Part shown: positions 23,171 through 36,800 of the stretch, one piece after another | Layout: each line of letters opens with the position of its first letter | Position numbering within the stretch: position 1 is the first letter of the stretch | DNA from: Balanoglossus misakiensis | Taxonomy: Eukaryota > Animalia > Hemichordata | DNA length: 64,000 bases | Direction of reading: 5' to 3' | Assembly: GCA_040954595.2 (NCBI GenBank) | Contig: CM082590.2 | Span: 3,968,001-4,032,000, forward strand | Program-made: the position numbers and the translations under genes | Notes under the pieces: model-generated | Seen by the model: only the letters and a program-made list of their open reading frames with translations | What the model was told of the DNA's origin: nothing | Databases searched by the model: none

Positions 23171-23705
23171 CTGAAAAAAAGAAGGCATCCAATCTAGTAC
23201 AAGTATCAACGACATTGTGCAACATACATATATGATTCATGAAACCTTTCAATCAATGTCTGATGTAGCATTCTCTGCTGACTAAATAGGGTGTAGCTCG
23301 TCTTTCTAGATAACTGGAGTAATAATCTTACATTAGGTGCATATGCTATACTTATACATGATGATATTGGTAGGTACTGATTTGCCTCACTAGTACTGCG
23401 ACAGATTCATACTTTTTCATGTATGACTCGTTTTGTCTTTCAGATAAATAACAGACATACATTAACAATTACAATTCCTTGGTAACATTTCTCTGTCACT
23501 ATTGGTAAATAGATAAGCTGGACTAATACTCTTGTATGTAAGCAGTGCATATACTATACTCATACAAGATTATTTTGGTAGGTCTGAATGTTGTACTACT
23601 ACTGTGGCAAGTTTATGTATATCTTTATGTGAAGGGTATTATGATTAAATTATCATTAAGTATAGATAATCTATCAATAGTACTAATATAAAAAAAGGAA
23701 TTCAC

Positions 23706-23780
23706 CTTGGTTGTGAGTGACACGCGCAAACAGGAGAGCAACACCAATGTGGCACACAGTCTTTTCTTAGTGTAGCCATC
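23706..23780 (-). CDS. Candidate 75-nt phase-0 exon resembling a shortened ankyrin repeat
   Basis: tttcaacccatag acceptor and AAG/gtgaat donor. Reads DGYTKKRLCATLVLLSCLRVSLTTK. Begins GATGG and ends AAG like the other ankyrin exons. Confidence 0.5.
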
Positions 23781-24745
23781 CTATGGGTTGAAATAAAAGT
23801 ACATAATATTTGAAATATATTAATATCTAGATCCCTTTTTTCATCATTATAACTATGTTTAATCTATTAATATTTGCATCTCAGGGGAGATGAAGATGTA
23901 ATATCAACAAAAATCTTTGTTCTCAGACTAATCAACCATTTTGGCTACAACTGTTATATACTGCCCATAAATGTGTTTAGGAAACCTAGCATAAAAGTTT
24001 TGCAGAAACCCTTAGAGGCGTGTTGACGCAAATCCCACACTACAGTGTACAAGTTAAACATCATAAAATCTGCATGGCCTGTTTTATTATGCACGTCTGT
24101 GATTGATCGTACATCAGCGTTTAACCAAAGCGATAATACCTAGTTAGACAATTATTATCGGATAAACAAAGGGTTAACCATAATATTTTGTATTGTATAT
24201 TATTATTTTTTCAATGTCCCGTTGACAGAACAGACTTGGAATCTCATGGATTTCGGTGTCCGAAATGTATAAAAATGATCCTCTGATGTGTTTGACATGT
24301 TATAGGCACCTATGGTATGAGCATATAATGTTTAGATCATATGCAATTTCACTTTCCAGGTAATTAGAAGGTTTTAGACTTTGATAACAATAAGGAAGTA
24401 AACATTACTCTGGATTCTCTTATTCGATTGATCATATCTTAATAGCGGTGAAGAGTCTGGAATGCTATCTCATGATTGTCTTTGTGTGAAACTCTGACTA
24501 TGATCGATTTTCCGGAAACTCAAATCACTGCGCATGCGCAGTTGTATCGTATTGAGAAAAGCGATAATTTTAAGCAACCTTTTAAATGTGAAATCGTAAA
24601 ATAAAGCTCCAAATAGAAAAAACAACAACAACACAGTTATAAATGAATCAATCATCACATGTCTAATCCTGCGTTTGTTTTGAATAGAACCTGCAGTAGT
24701 CTGTGAGCAGCATTTTATCCAAAGTAGGGTTTTTGAGCTTATTTA

Positions 24746-24852
24746 GGGACAGTTCACTTTTTATGGTCAGGGCGGCAAAAACAAGGGGGGTCACTTTAAT
24801 TTTGAAATCCAAAAGGGGGTCATCTTTTTCTGAAGCATTTAAGGGGGGTCAC
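24746..24852. mobile_element. Left end of a PIF/Harbinger-type MITE
   Basis: TTA then gggacagttcacttttta, inverted match to 50940-50957. Internal aagggggtca repeats. Confidence 0.7.
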
Positions 24853-27800
24853 ATACTTTTGCCCCCCCCCCCCCATACTTTTGCTTTTGAGTCCACAAAA
24901 ATACAGTTTCAAGCCCTTTATTTAACAAATTTTCTGATGTGGCAGGGGGTCACATACTTTTGCCCCCCTACAACTTTTGCTTTTGAGTCCACAAAAATAC
25001 AGTTTCAAGCCCTTTATTTTACAAAATGTTCTGATTTGGCAGGGGGTCACATACTTTTGCCCCCCCCCCCCCAACTTTTGCTTTTGAGTCCACAAAAATA
25101 CAGTTTCAAGCCCTTTATTTTACAAAATGTTCTGATTTGGCAGGGGGTCACATACTTTTGCCCCCCCCCCCAACTTTTGCTTTTGAGTCCACAAAAATAC
25201 AGTTTCAAGCCCTTTATTTTACAAAATTTTCTGATTTGGCAGGGGGTCACATACTTTTGCCCCCCCCCCCCAACTTTTGCTTTTGAGTCCACAAAAATAC
25301 AGTTTCAAGCCCTTTATTTTACAAAATTTTCTGATTTGGCAGGGGGTCACATACTTTTGCCCCCCCCCCCCAACTTTTGCTTTTGAGTCCACAAAAATAC
25401 AGTTTCAAGCCCTTTATTTTACAAAATTTTCTGATTTGGCAGGGGGTCACATACTTTTGCCCCCCCCCCCAACTTTTGCTTTTGAGTCCACAAAAATACA
25501 GTTTCAAGCCCTTTATTTTACAAAATTTTCTGATTTGGCAGGGGGTCACATACTTTTGCCCCCCCCCCAACTTTTGCTTTTGAGTCCACAAAAATACAGT
25601 TTCAAGCCCTTTATTTAACAAATTTTCTGATGTGGCAGGGGGTCACATACTTTTGCCCCCCCCCCCCCCAACTTTTGCTTTTGAGTCCACAAAAATACAG
25701 TTTCAAGCCCTTTATTTTACAAAATTTTCTGATTTGGCAGGGGGTCACATACTTTTGCCCCCCCCCCCCAACTTTTGCTTTTGAGTCCACAAAAATACAG
25801 TTTCAAGCCCTTTATTTTACAAAATTTTCTGATTTGGCAGGGGGTCACATACTTTTGCCCCCCCCCCAACTTTTGCTTTTGAGTCCACAAAAATACAGTT
25901 TCAAGCCCTTTATTTAACAAATTTTCTGATGTGGCAGGGGGTCACATACTTTTGCCCCCCCCCCCAACTTTTGCTTTTGAGTCCAAAAAAATACAGTTTC
26001 AAGCCCTTTATTTTACAAAATGTTCTGATGTGGCAGGGGGTCACATACTTTTGCCCCCCCCCCCCAAACTTTTGCTTTTGAGTCCACAAAAATACAGTTT
26101 CAAGCCCTTTATTTTACAAAATTTTCTGATTTGGCAGGGGGTCACATACTTTTGACCCCCCCCCCCAACTTTTGCTTTTGAGTCCACAAAAATACAGTTT
26201 CAAGCCCTTTATTTTACAAAATGTTCTGATTTGGCAGGGGGTCACATACTTTTGCCCCCCCCCCCCCAACTTTTGCTTTTGAGTCCACAAAAATACAGTT
26301 TCAAGCCCTTTATTTTACAAAATTTTCTGATTTGGCAGGGGGTCACATACTTTTGCCCCCCCCCCCAACTTTTGCTTTTGAGTCCACAAAAATACAGTTT
26401 CAAGCCCTTTATTTAACAAATTTTCTGATGTGGCAGGGGGTCACATACTTTTGCCCCCCCCCCCAACTTTTGCTTTTGAGTCCACAAAAATACAGTTTCA
26501 AGCCCTTTATTTTACAAAATGTTCTGATTTGGCAGGGGGTCACATACTTTTGCCCCCCCCCCCAACTTTTGCTTTTGAGTCCACAAAAATACAGTTTCAA
26601 GCCCTTTATTTTACAAAATGTTCTGATTTGGCAGGGGGTCACATACTTTTGCCCCCCCCCCCCAACTTTTGCTTTTGAGTCCACAAAAATACAGTTTCAA
26701 GCCCTTTATTTTACAAAATGTTCTGATTTGGCAGGGGGTCACATACTTTTGCCCCCCCCCCCCAACTTTTGCTTTTGAGTCCACAAGAATACAGTTTCAA
26801 GCCCTTTATTTTACAAAATGTTCTGATTTGGCAGGGGGTCACATACTTTTGCCCCCCCCCCCCAACTTTTGCTTTTGAGTCCACAAAAATACAGTTTCAA
26901 GCCCTTTATTTTACAAAATGTTCTGATTTGGCAGGGGTCATATACTTTTGCCCCCCCCCCCAACTTTTGCTTTTGAGTCCACAAAAATACAGTTTCAAGC
27001 CCTTTATTTTACAAAATGTTCTGATTTGGCAGGGGGTCACATACTTTTGCCCCCCCCCCCCAACTTTTGCTTTTGAGTCCACAAAAATACAGTTTCAAGC
27101 CCTTTATTTTACAAAATGTTCTGATTTGGCAGGGGGTCACATACTTTTGCCCCCCCCCCCAACTTTTGCTTTGAGTCCACAAAAATACAGTTTCAAGCCC
27201 TTTATTTTACAAAATGTTCTGATTTGGCAGGGGGTCACATACTTTTGCCCCCCCCCCCCCAACTTTTGCTTTTGAGTCCACAAAAATACAGTTTCAAGCC
27301 CTTTATTTTACAAAATGTTCTGATTTGGCAGGGGTCATATACTTTTGCCCCCCCCCCCCAACTTTTGCTTTTGAGTCCACAAAAATACAGTTTCAAGCCC
27401 TTTATTTTACAAAATTTTCTGATTTGGCAGGGGGTCACATACTTTTGCCCCCCCCCCCCCCAACTTTTGCTTTTGAGTCCACAAAAATACAGTTTCAAGC
27501 CCTTTATTTTACAAAATGTTCTGATTTGGCAGGGGGTCACATACTTTTGCCCCCCCCCCCCAACTTTTGCTTTTGAGTCCACAAAAATACAGTTTCAAGC
27601 CCTTTATTTTACAAAATTTTCTGATTTGGCAGGGGGTCACATACTTTTGCCCCCCCCCCAACTTTTGCTTTTGAGTCCACAAAAATACAGTTTCAAGCCC
27701 TTTATTTTACAAAATGTTCTGATTTGGCAGGGGTCATATACTTTTGCCCCCCCCCCCCAACTTTTGCTTTTGAGTCCACAAAAATACAGTTTCAAGCCCT

Positions 27801-30800
27801 TTATTTTACAAAATGTTCTGATTTGGCAGGGGGTCACATACTTTTGCCCCCCCCCCCAACTTTTGCTTTTGAGTCCACAAAAATACAGTTTCAAGCCCTT
27901 TATTTTACAAAATGTTCTGATTTGGCAGGGGGTCACATACTTTTGCCCCCCCCCCCAACTTTTGCTTTTGAGTCCACAAAAATACAGTTTCAAGCCCTTT
28001 ATTTTACAAAATGTTCTGATTTGGCAGGGGGTCACATACTTTTGCCCCCCCCCCCCCCAACTTTTGCTTTTGAGTCCACAAAAATACAGTTTCAAGCCCT
28101 TTATTTTACAAAATGTTCTGATTTGGCAGGGGTCATATACTTTTGCCCCCCCCCCCAACTTTTGCTTTTGAGTCCACAAAAATACAGTTTCAAGCCCTTT
28201 ATTTTACAAAATTTTCTGATTTGGCAGGGGGTCACATACTTTTGCCCCCCCCCCAACTTTTGCTTTTGAGTCCACAAAAATACAGTTTCAAGCCCTTTAT
28301 TTTACAAAATGTTCTGATTTGGCAGGGGGTCACATACTTTTGCCCCCCCCCCCCCAACTTTTGCTTTTGAGTCCACAAAAATACAGTTTCAAGCCCTTTA
28401 TTTTACAAAATTTTCTGATTTGGCAGGGGGTCACATACTTTTGCCCCCCCCCCCCAACTTTTGCTTTTGAGTCCACAAAAATACAGTTTCAAGCCCTTTA
28501 TTTTACAAAATGTTCTGATTTGGCAGGGGTCATATACTTTTGCCCCCCCCCCAACTTTTGCTTTTGAGTCCACAAAAATACAGTTTCAAGCCCTTTATTT
28601 TACAAAATGTTCTGATTTGGCAGGGGGTCACATACTTTTGCCCCCCACCCCAACTTTTGCTTTTGAGTCCACAAAAATACAGTTTCAAGCCCTTTATTTT
28701 ACAAAATGTTCTGATTTGGCAGGGGGTCACATACTTTTGCCCCCCCCCCCCCAACTTTTGCTTTTGAGTCCACAAAAATACAGTTTCAAGCCCTTTATTT
28801 TACAAAATGTTCTGATTTGGCAGGGGGTCACATACTTTTGCCCCCCCCCCCCAACTTTTGCTTTTGAGTCCACAAAAATACAGTTTCAAGCCCTTTATTT
28901 TACAAAATGTTCTGATTTGGCAGGGGGTCACATACTTTTGCCCCCCCCCCCCAACTTTTGCTTTTGAGTCCACAAAAATACAGTTTCAAGCCCTTTATTT
29001 TACAAAATGTTCTGATTTGGCAGGGGTCATATACTTTTGCCCCCCCCCCCCAACTTTTGCTTTTGAGTCCACAAAAATACAGTTTCAAGCCCTTTATTTT
29101 ACAACATTTTCTGATTTGGCAGGGGGTCACATACTTTTGACCCACCCCCCCCCCCCAACTTTTGCTTTTGAATCCACAAAAATACAGTTTCAAGCCCTTT
29201 ATTTTACAAAATGTTCTGATTTGGCAGGGGGTCACATACTTTTGCCCCCCCCCCCAACTTTTGCTTTTGAGTCCACAAAAATACAGTTTCAAGCCCTTTA
29301 TTTAACAAATTTTCTGATGTGGCAGGGGGTCACATACTTTTGCCCCCCCCCCCAACTTTTGCTTTTGAGTCCACAAAAATACAGTTTTAAGCCCTTTATT
29401 TTACAAAATTTTCTGATTTGGCAGGGGGTCACATACTTTTGCCCCCCCCCCCCAACTTTTGCTTTTGAGTCCACAAAAATACAGTTTCAAGCCCTTTATT
29501 TAACAAATTTTCTGATGTGGCAGGGGGTCACATACTTTTGCCCCCCCCCCCCCAACTTTTGCTTTTGAGTCCACAAAAATACAGTTTCAAGCCCTTTATT
29601 TTACAAAATGTTCTGATTTGGCAGGGGGTCACATACTTTTGACCCCCCCCCCCCAACTTTTGCTTTTGAGTCCACAAAAATACAGTTTCAAGCCCTTTAT
29701 TTTACAAAATGTTCTGATTTGGCAGGGGGTCACATACTTTTGCCCCCCCCCCCCCAACTTTTGCTTTTGAGTCCACAAAAATACAGTTTCAAGCCCTTTA
29801 TTTTACAAAATGTTCTGATTTGGCAGGGGGTCACATACTTTTGCCCCCCCCCCCAACTTTTGCTTTTGAGTCCACAAAAATACAGTTTCAAGCCCTTTAT
29901 TTTACAAAATGTTCTGATTTGGCAGGGGTCATATACTTTGGCCCCCCCCCCCCAACTTTTGCTTTTGAGTCCACAAAAATACAGTTTCAAGCCCTTTATT
30001 TTACAACATTTTCTGATTTAGCAGGGGGTCACATACTTTTGACCCCCCCCCCCCAACTTTTGCTTTTGAGTCCACAAAAATACAGTTTCAAGCCCTTTAT
30101 TTTACAAAATGTTCTGATTTGGCAGGGGTCACATACTTTTGACCCCCCCCCCCCCAACTTTTGCTTTTGAGTCCACAAAAATACAGTTTCAAGCCCTTTA
30201 TTTTACAAAATGTTCTGATTTGGCAGGGGGTCACATACTTTTGCCCCCCCCCCCCAACTTTTGCTTTTGAGTCCACAAAAATACAGTTTCAAGCCCTTTA
30301 TTTTACAAAATGTTCTGATTTGGCAGGGGGTCACATACTTTTGCCCCCCCCCCCCAACTTTTGCTTTTGAGTCCACAAAAATACAGTTTCAAGCCCTTTA
30401 TTTTACAAAATGTTCTGATTTGGCAGGGGTCATATACTTTTGCCCCCCCCCCAACTTTTGCTTTTGAGTCCACAAAAATACAGTTTCAAGCCCTTTATTT
30501 TACAACATTTTCTGATTTGGCAGGGGGTCACATACTTTTGACCCCCCCCCCCCCCAACTTTTGCTTTTGAATCCACAAAAATACAGTTTCAAGCCCTTTA
30601 TTTTACAAAATGTTCTGATTTGGCAGGGGGTCACATACTTTTGCCCCCCCCCCCCAACTTTTGCTTTTGAGTCCACAAAAATACAGTTTCAAGCCCTTTA
30701 TTTTACAAAATGTTCTGATTTGGCAGGGGGTCACATACTTTTGCCCCCCCCCCCCCCAACTTTTCCTTTTGAGTCCACAAAAATACAGTTTCAAGCCCTT

Positions 30801-33800
30801 TATTTTACAAAATTTTCTGATTTGGCAGGGGGTCACATACTTTTGCCCCCCCCCCAACTTTTGCTTTTGAGTCCACAAAAATACAGTTTCAAGCCCTTTA
30901 TTTAACAAATTTTCTGATGTGGCAGGGGGTCACATACTTTTGCCCCCCCCCCCAACTTTTGCTTTTGAGTCCACAAAAATACAGTTTCAAGCCCTTTATT
31001 TTACAAAATGTTCTGATTTGGCAGGGGGTCACATACTTTTGACCCCCCCCCCAACTTTTGCTTTTGAGTCCACAAAAATACAGTTTCAAGCCCTTTATTT
31101 TACAAAATGTTCTGATTTGGCAGGGGGTCACATACTTTTGCCCCCCCCCCAACTTTTGCTTTTGAGTCCACAAAAATACAGTTTCAAGCCCTTTATTTTA
31201 CAAAATGTTCTGATTTGGCAGGGGGTCACATACTTTTGCCCCCCCCCCAACTTTTGCTTTTGAGTCCACAAAAATACAGTTTCAAGCCCTTTATTTTACA
31301 AAATGTTCTGATTTGGCAGGGGTCATATACTTTTGCCCCCCCCCCAACTTTTGCTTTTGAGTCCACAAAAATACAGTTTCAAGCCCTTTATTTTACAACA
31401 TTTTCTGATTTAGCAGGGGGTCACATACTTTTGACCCCCCCCCCCCAACTTTTGCTTTTGAGTCCACAAAAATACAGTTTCAAGCCCTTTATTTTACAAA
31501 ATGTTCTGATTTGGCAGGGGTCACATACTTTTGCCCCCCCCCCCAACTTTTGCTTTTGAGTCCACAAAAATACAGTTTCAAGCCCTTTATTTTACAAAAT
31601 TTTCTGATTTGGCAGGGGGTCACATACTTTTGACCCCCCCCCCCTAACTTTTGCTTTTGAGTCCACAAAAATACAGTTTCAAGCCCTTTATTTAACAAAT
31701 TTTCTGATGTGGCAGGGGTCACATACTTTTGCCCCCCCCCCCCAACTTTTGCTTTTGAGTCCACAAAAATACAGTTTCAAGCCCTTTATTTTACAAAATG
31801 TTCTGATTTGGCAGGGGTCATATACTTTTGCCCCCCCCCCCCCAACTTTTGCTTTTGAGTCCACAAAAATACAGTTTCAAGCCCTTTATTTTACAAAATG
31901 TTCTGATTTGGCAGGGGGTCACATACTTTTGCCCCCCCCCCAACTTTTGCTTTTGAGTCCACAAAAATACAGTTTCAAGCCCTTTATTTTACAAAATGTT
32001 CTGATTTGGCAGGGGGTCACATACTTTTGCCCCCCCCCCCCCCCCAACTTTTGCTTTTGAGTCCACAAAAATACAGTTTCAAGCCCTTTATTTTACAAAA
32101 TGTTCTGATTTGGCAGGGGTCATATACTTTTGCCCCCCCCCCAACTTTTGCTTTTGAGTCCACAAAAATACAGTTTCAAGCCCTTTATTTTACAACATTT
32201 TCTGATCTGGCAGGGGGTCACATACTTTTGACCCCCCCCCCCCCCAACTTTTGCTTTTGAATCCACAAAAATACAGTTTCAAGCCCTTTATTTTACAAAA
32301 TGTTCTGATTTGGCAGGGGGTCACATACTTTTGCCCCCCCCCCCCCCCCCCAACTTTTGCTTTTGAGTCCACAAAAATACAGTTTCAAGCCCTTTATTTT
32401 ACAAAATGTTCTGATTTGGCAGGGGGTCACATACTTTTGCCCCCCCCCCAACTTTTGCTTTTGAGTCCACAAAAATACAGTTTCAAGCCCTTTATTTTAC
32501 AAAATTTTCTGATTTGGCAGGGGGTCACATACTTTTGCCCCCCCCCAACTTTTGCTTTTGAGTCCACAAAAATACAGTTTCAAGCCCTTTATTTAACAAA
32601 TTTTCTGATGTGGCAGGGGGTCACATACTTTTGCCCCCCCCCCCCCCCCAACTTTTGCTTTTGAGTCCACAAAAATACAGTTTCAAGCCCTTTATTTTAC
32701 AAAATGTTCTGATTTGGCAGGGGGTCACATACTTTTGACCCCCCCCCCCAACTTTTGCTTTTGAGTCCACAAAAATACAGTTTAAAGCCCTTTATTTTAC
32801 AAAATGTTCTGATTTGGCAGGGGGTCACATACTTTTGCCCCCCCCCCCCAACTTTTGCTTTTGAGTCCACAAAAATACAGTTTCAAGCCCTTTATTTTAC
32901 AAAATGTTCTGATTTGGCAGGGGGTCACATACTTTTGCCCCCCCCCCCAACTTTTGCTTTTGAGTCCACAAAAATACAGTTTCAAGCCCTTTATTTTACA
33001 AACTGTTCTGATTTGGCAGGGGTCATATACTTTTGCCCCCCCCCCCAACTTTTGCTTTTGAGTCCACAAAAATACAGTTTCAAGCCCTTTATTTTACAAC
33101 ATTTTCTGATTTAGCAGGGGGTCACATACTTTTGACCCCCCCCCCCAACTTTTGCTTTTGAGTCCACAAAAATACAGTTTCAAGCCCTTTATTTTACAAA
33201 ATGTTCTGATTTGGCAGGGGTCACATACTTTTGCCCCCCCCCCCAACTTTTGCTTTTGAGTCCACAAAAATACAGTTTCAAGCCCTTTATTTTACAAAAT
33301 TTTCTGATTTGGCAGGGGGTCACATACTTTTGACCCCCCCCCCCCTAACTTTTGCTTTTGAGTCCACAAAAATACAGTTTCAAGCCCTTTATTTAACAAA
33401 TTTTCTGATGTGGCAGGGGTCACATACTTTTGCCCCCCCCCAACTTTTGCTTTTGAGTCCACAAAAATACAGTTTCAAGCCCTTTATTTTACAAAATGTT
33501 CTGATTTGGCAGGGGGTCACATACTTTTGCCCCCCCCCCCCCAACTTTTGCTTTTGAGTCCACAAAAATACAGTTTCAAGCCCTTTATTTTACAAAATGT
33601 TCTGATTTGGCAGGGGGTCACATACTTTTGCCCCCCCCCCAACTTTTGCTTTTGAGTCCACAAAAATACAGTTTCAAGCCCTTTATTTTACAACATTTTC
33701 TGATTTGGCAGGGGGTCACATACTTATGCCCCCCCCCCCAACTTTTGCTTTTGAGTCCACAAAAATACAGTTTCAAGCCCTTTATTTTACAAAATTTTCT

Positions 33801-36800
33801 GATGTGGCAGGGGGTCACATACTTTTGCCCCCCCCCCAACTTTTGCTTTTGAGTCCACAAAAATACAGTTTCAAGCCCTTTATTTTACAAATTTTTCTGA
33901 TTTGGCAGGGGGTCACATACTTTTGACCCCCCGCCCCCAACTTTTGCTTTTGAGTCCACAAAAATACAGTTTCAAGCCCTTTATTTTACAAAATGTTCTG
34001 ATTTGGCAGGGGGTCACATACTTTTGCCCCCCCCCCAACTTTTGCTTTTGAGTCCACAAAAATACAGTTTCAAGCCCTTTATTTTACAAAATGTTCTGAT
34101 TTGGCAGGGGGTCACATACTTTTGCCCCCCCCCCCCCCCAACTTTTGCTTTTGAGTCCACAAAAATACAGTTTCAAGCCCTTTATTCTTTATTTTACAAC
34201 ATTTTCTGATTTGGCAGGGGGTCACATACTTTTGCCCCCCCCCCCAACTTTTGCTTTTGAGTCCACAAAAATACAGTTTCAAGCCCTTTATTTTACAAAT
34301 TTTCTGATGTGGCAGGGGGTCACATACTTTTGCCCCCCCCCCCCAACTTTTGCTTTTGAGTCCACAAAAATACAGTTTCAAGCCCTTTATTTTACAAAAT
34401 GTTCTGATTTGGCAGGGGGTCACATACTTTTGCCCCCCCCCCAACTTTTGCTTTTGAGTCCACAAAAATACAGTTTCAAGCCCTTTATTTTACAAAATGT
34501 TCTGATTTGGCAGGGGGTCACATACTTTTGCCCCCCCCCCCCCAAGTTTTGCTTTTGAGTCCACAAAAATACAGTTTCAAGCCCTTTATTTTACAAAATG
34601 TTCTGATTTGGCAGGGGGTCACATACTTTTGCCCCCCCCCCCAACTTTTGCTTTTGAGTCCACAAAAATACAGTTTCAAGCCCTTTATTTTACAACATTT
34701 TCTGATTTGGCAGGGGGTCACATACTTTTGCCCCCCCCCCCCCAACTTTTGCTTTTGAGTCCACAAAAATACAGTTTCAAGCCCTTTATTTTACAAATTT
34801 TCTGATGTGGCAGGGGGTCACATACTTTTGCCCCCCCCCCCCAACTTTTGCTTTTGAGTCCACAAAAATACAGTTTCAAGCCCTTTATTTTACAAAATGT
34901 TCTGATTTGGCAGGGGGTCACATACTTTTGCCCCCCCCCCCCCAAGTTTTGCTTTTGAGTCCACAAAAATACAGTTTCAAGCCCTTTATTTTACAAAATG
35001 TTCTGATTTGGCAGGGGGTCACATACTTTTGCCCCCCCCCCCCAACTTTTGCTTTTGAGTCCACAAAAATACAGTTTCAAGCCCTTTATTTTACAAAATG
35101 TTCTGATTTGGCAGGGGGTCACATACTTTTGCTTTTGAGTCCACAAAAATACAGTTTCAAGCCCTTTATTTTACAAAATGTTCTGATTTGGCAGGGGGTC
35201 ACATACTTTTGCCCCCCCCCCCCCAACTTTTGCTTTTGAGTCCACAAAAATACAGTTTCAAGCCCTTTATTTGCCCCCCCCCCCCAAGTTTTGCTTTTGA
35301 GTCCACAAAAATACAGTTTCAAGCCCTTTATTTTACAAAATGTTCTGATTTGGCAGGGGGTCACATACTTTTGCCCCCCCCCCCAACTTTTGCTTTTGAG
35401 TCCACAAAAATACAGTTTCAAGCCCTTTATTTTACAAAATGTTCTGATTTGGCAGGGGGTCACATACTTTTGCTTTTGAGTCCACAAAAATACAGTTTCA
35501 AGCCCTTTATTTTACAAAATGTTCTGATTTGGCAGGGGGTCACATACTTTTGCCCCCCCCCCCCCCCAACTTTTGCTTTTGAGTCCACAAAAATACAGTT
35601 TCAAGCCCTTTATTTTACAAAATGTTCTGATTTGGCAGGGGGTCACATACTTTTGCCCCCCCCCCCCCAACTTTTGCTTTTGAGTCCACAAAAATACAGT
35701 TTCAAGCCCTTTATTTTACAAATTTTCTGATGTGGCAGGGGGTCACATACTTTTGCCCCCCCCCCCCAACTTTTGCTTTTGAGTCCACAAAAATACAGTT
35801 TCAAGCCCTTTATTTTACAAAATGTTCTGATTTGGCAGGGGGTCACATACTTTTGCCCCCCCCCCCAAGTTTTGCTTTTGAGTCCACAAAAATACAGTTT
35901 CAAGCCCTTTATTTTACAAAATGTTCTGATTTGGCAGGGGGTCACATACTTTTGCCCCCCCCCAACTTTTGCTTTTGAGTCCACAAAAATACAGTTTCAA
36001 GCCCTTTATTTTACAAAATGTTCTGATTTGGCAGGGGGTCACATACTTTTGCTTTTGAGTCCACAAAAATACAGTTTCAAGCCCTTTATTTTACAAAATG
36101 TTCTGATTTGGCAGGGGGTCACATACTTTTGCCCCCCCCCCAACTTTTGCTTTTGAGTCCACAAAAATACAGTTTCAAGCCCTTTATTTGCCCCCCCCCC
36201 CAAGTTTTGCTTTTGAGTCCACAAAAATACAGTTTCAAGCCCTTTATTTTACAAAATGTTCTGATTTGGCAGGGGGTCACATACTTTTGCCCCCCCCCCC
36301 AACTTTTGCTTTTGAGTCCACAAAAATACAGTTTCAAGCCCTTTATTTTACAAAATGTTCTGATTTGGCAGGGGGTCACATACTTTTGCTTTTGAGTCCA
36401 CAAAAATACAGTTTCAAGCCCTTTATTTTACAAAATGTTCTGATTTGGCAGGGGGTCACATACTTTTGCCCCCCCCCCCCCCAACTTTTGCTTTTGAGTC
36501 CACAAAAATACAGTTTCAAGCCCTTTATTTTACAAAATGTTCTGATTTGGCAGGGGGTCACATACTTTTGCCCCCCCCCCAACTTTTGCTTTTGAGTCCA
36601 CAAAAATACAGTTTCAAGCCCTTTATTTTACAAAATGTTCTGATGTGGCAGGGGGTCACATACTTTTGCCCCCCCCCCCCCAACTTTTGCTTTTGAGTCC
36701 ACAAAAATACAGTTTCAAGCCCTTTATTTTACAAAATGTTCTGATTTGGCAGGGGGTCACATAATTTTGCCCCCCCCCCCAACTTTTGCTTTTGAGTCCA

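Noticed and set aside
23171-23215. ORF-track start MSLILVLDW for the ROCO protein
   Set aside because: This stretch includes the polypyrimidine tract and acceptor at 23171; it is more likely intron read-through.
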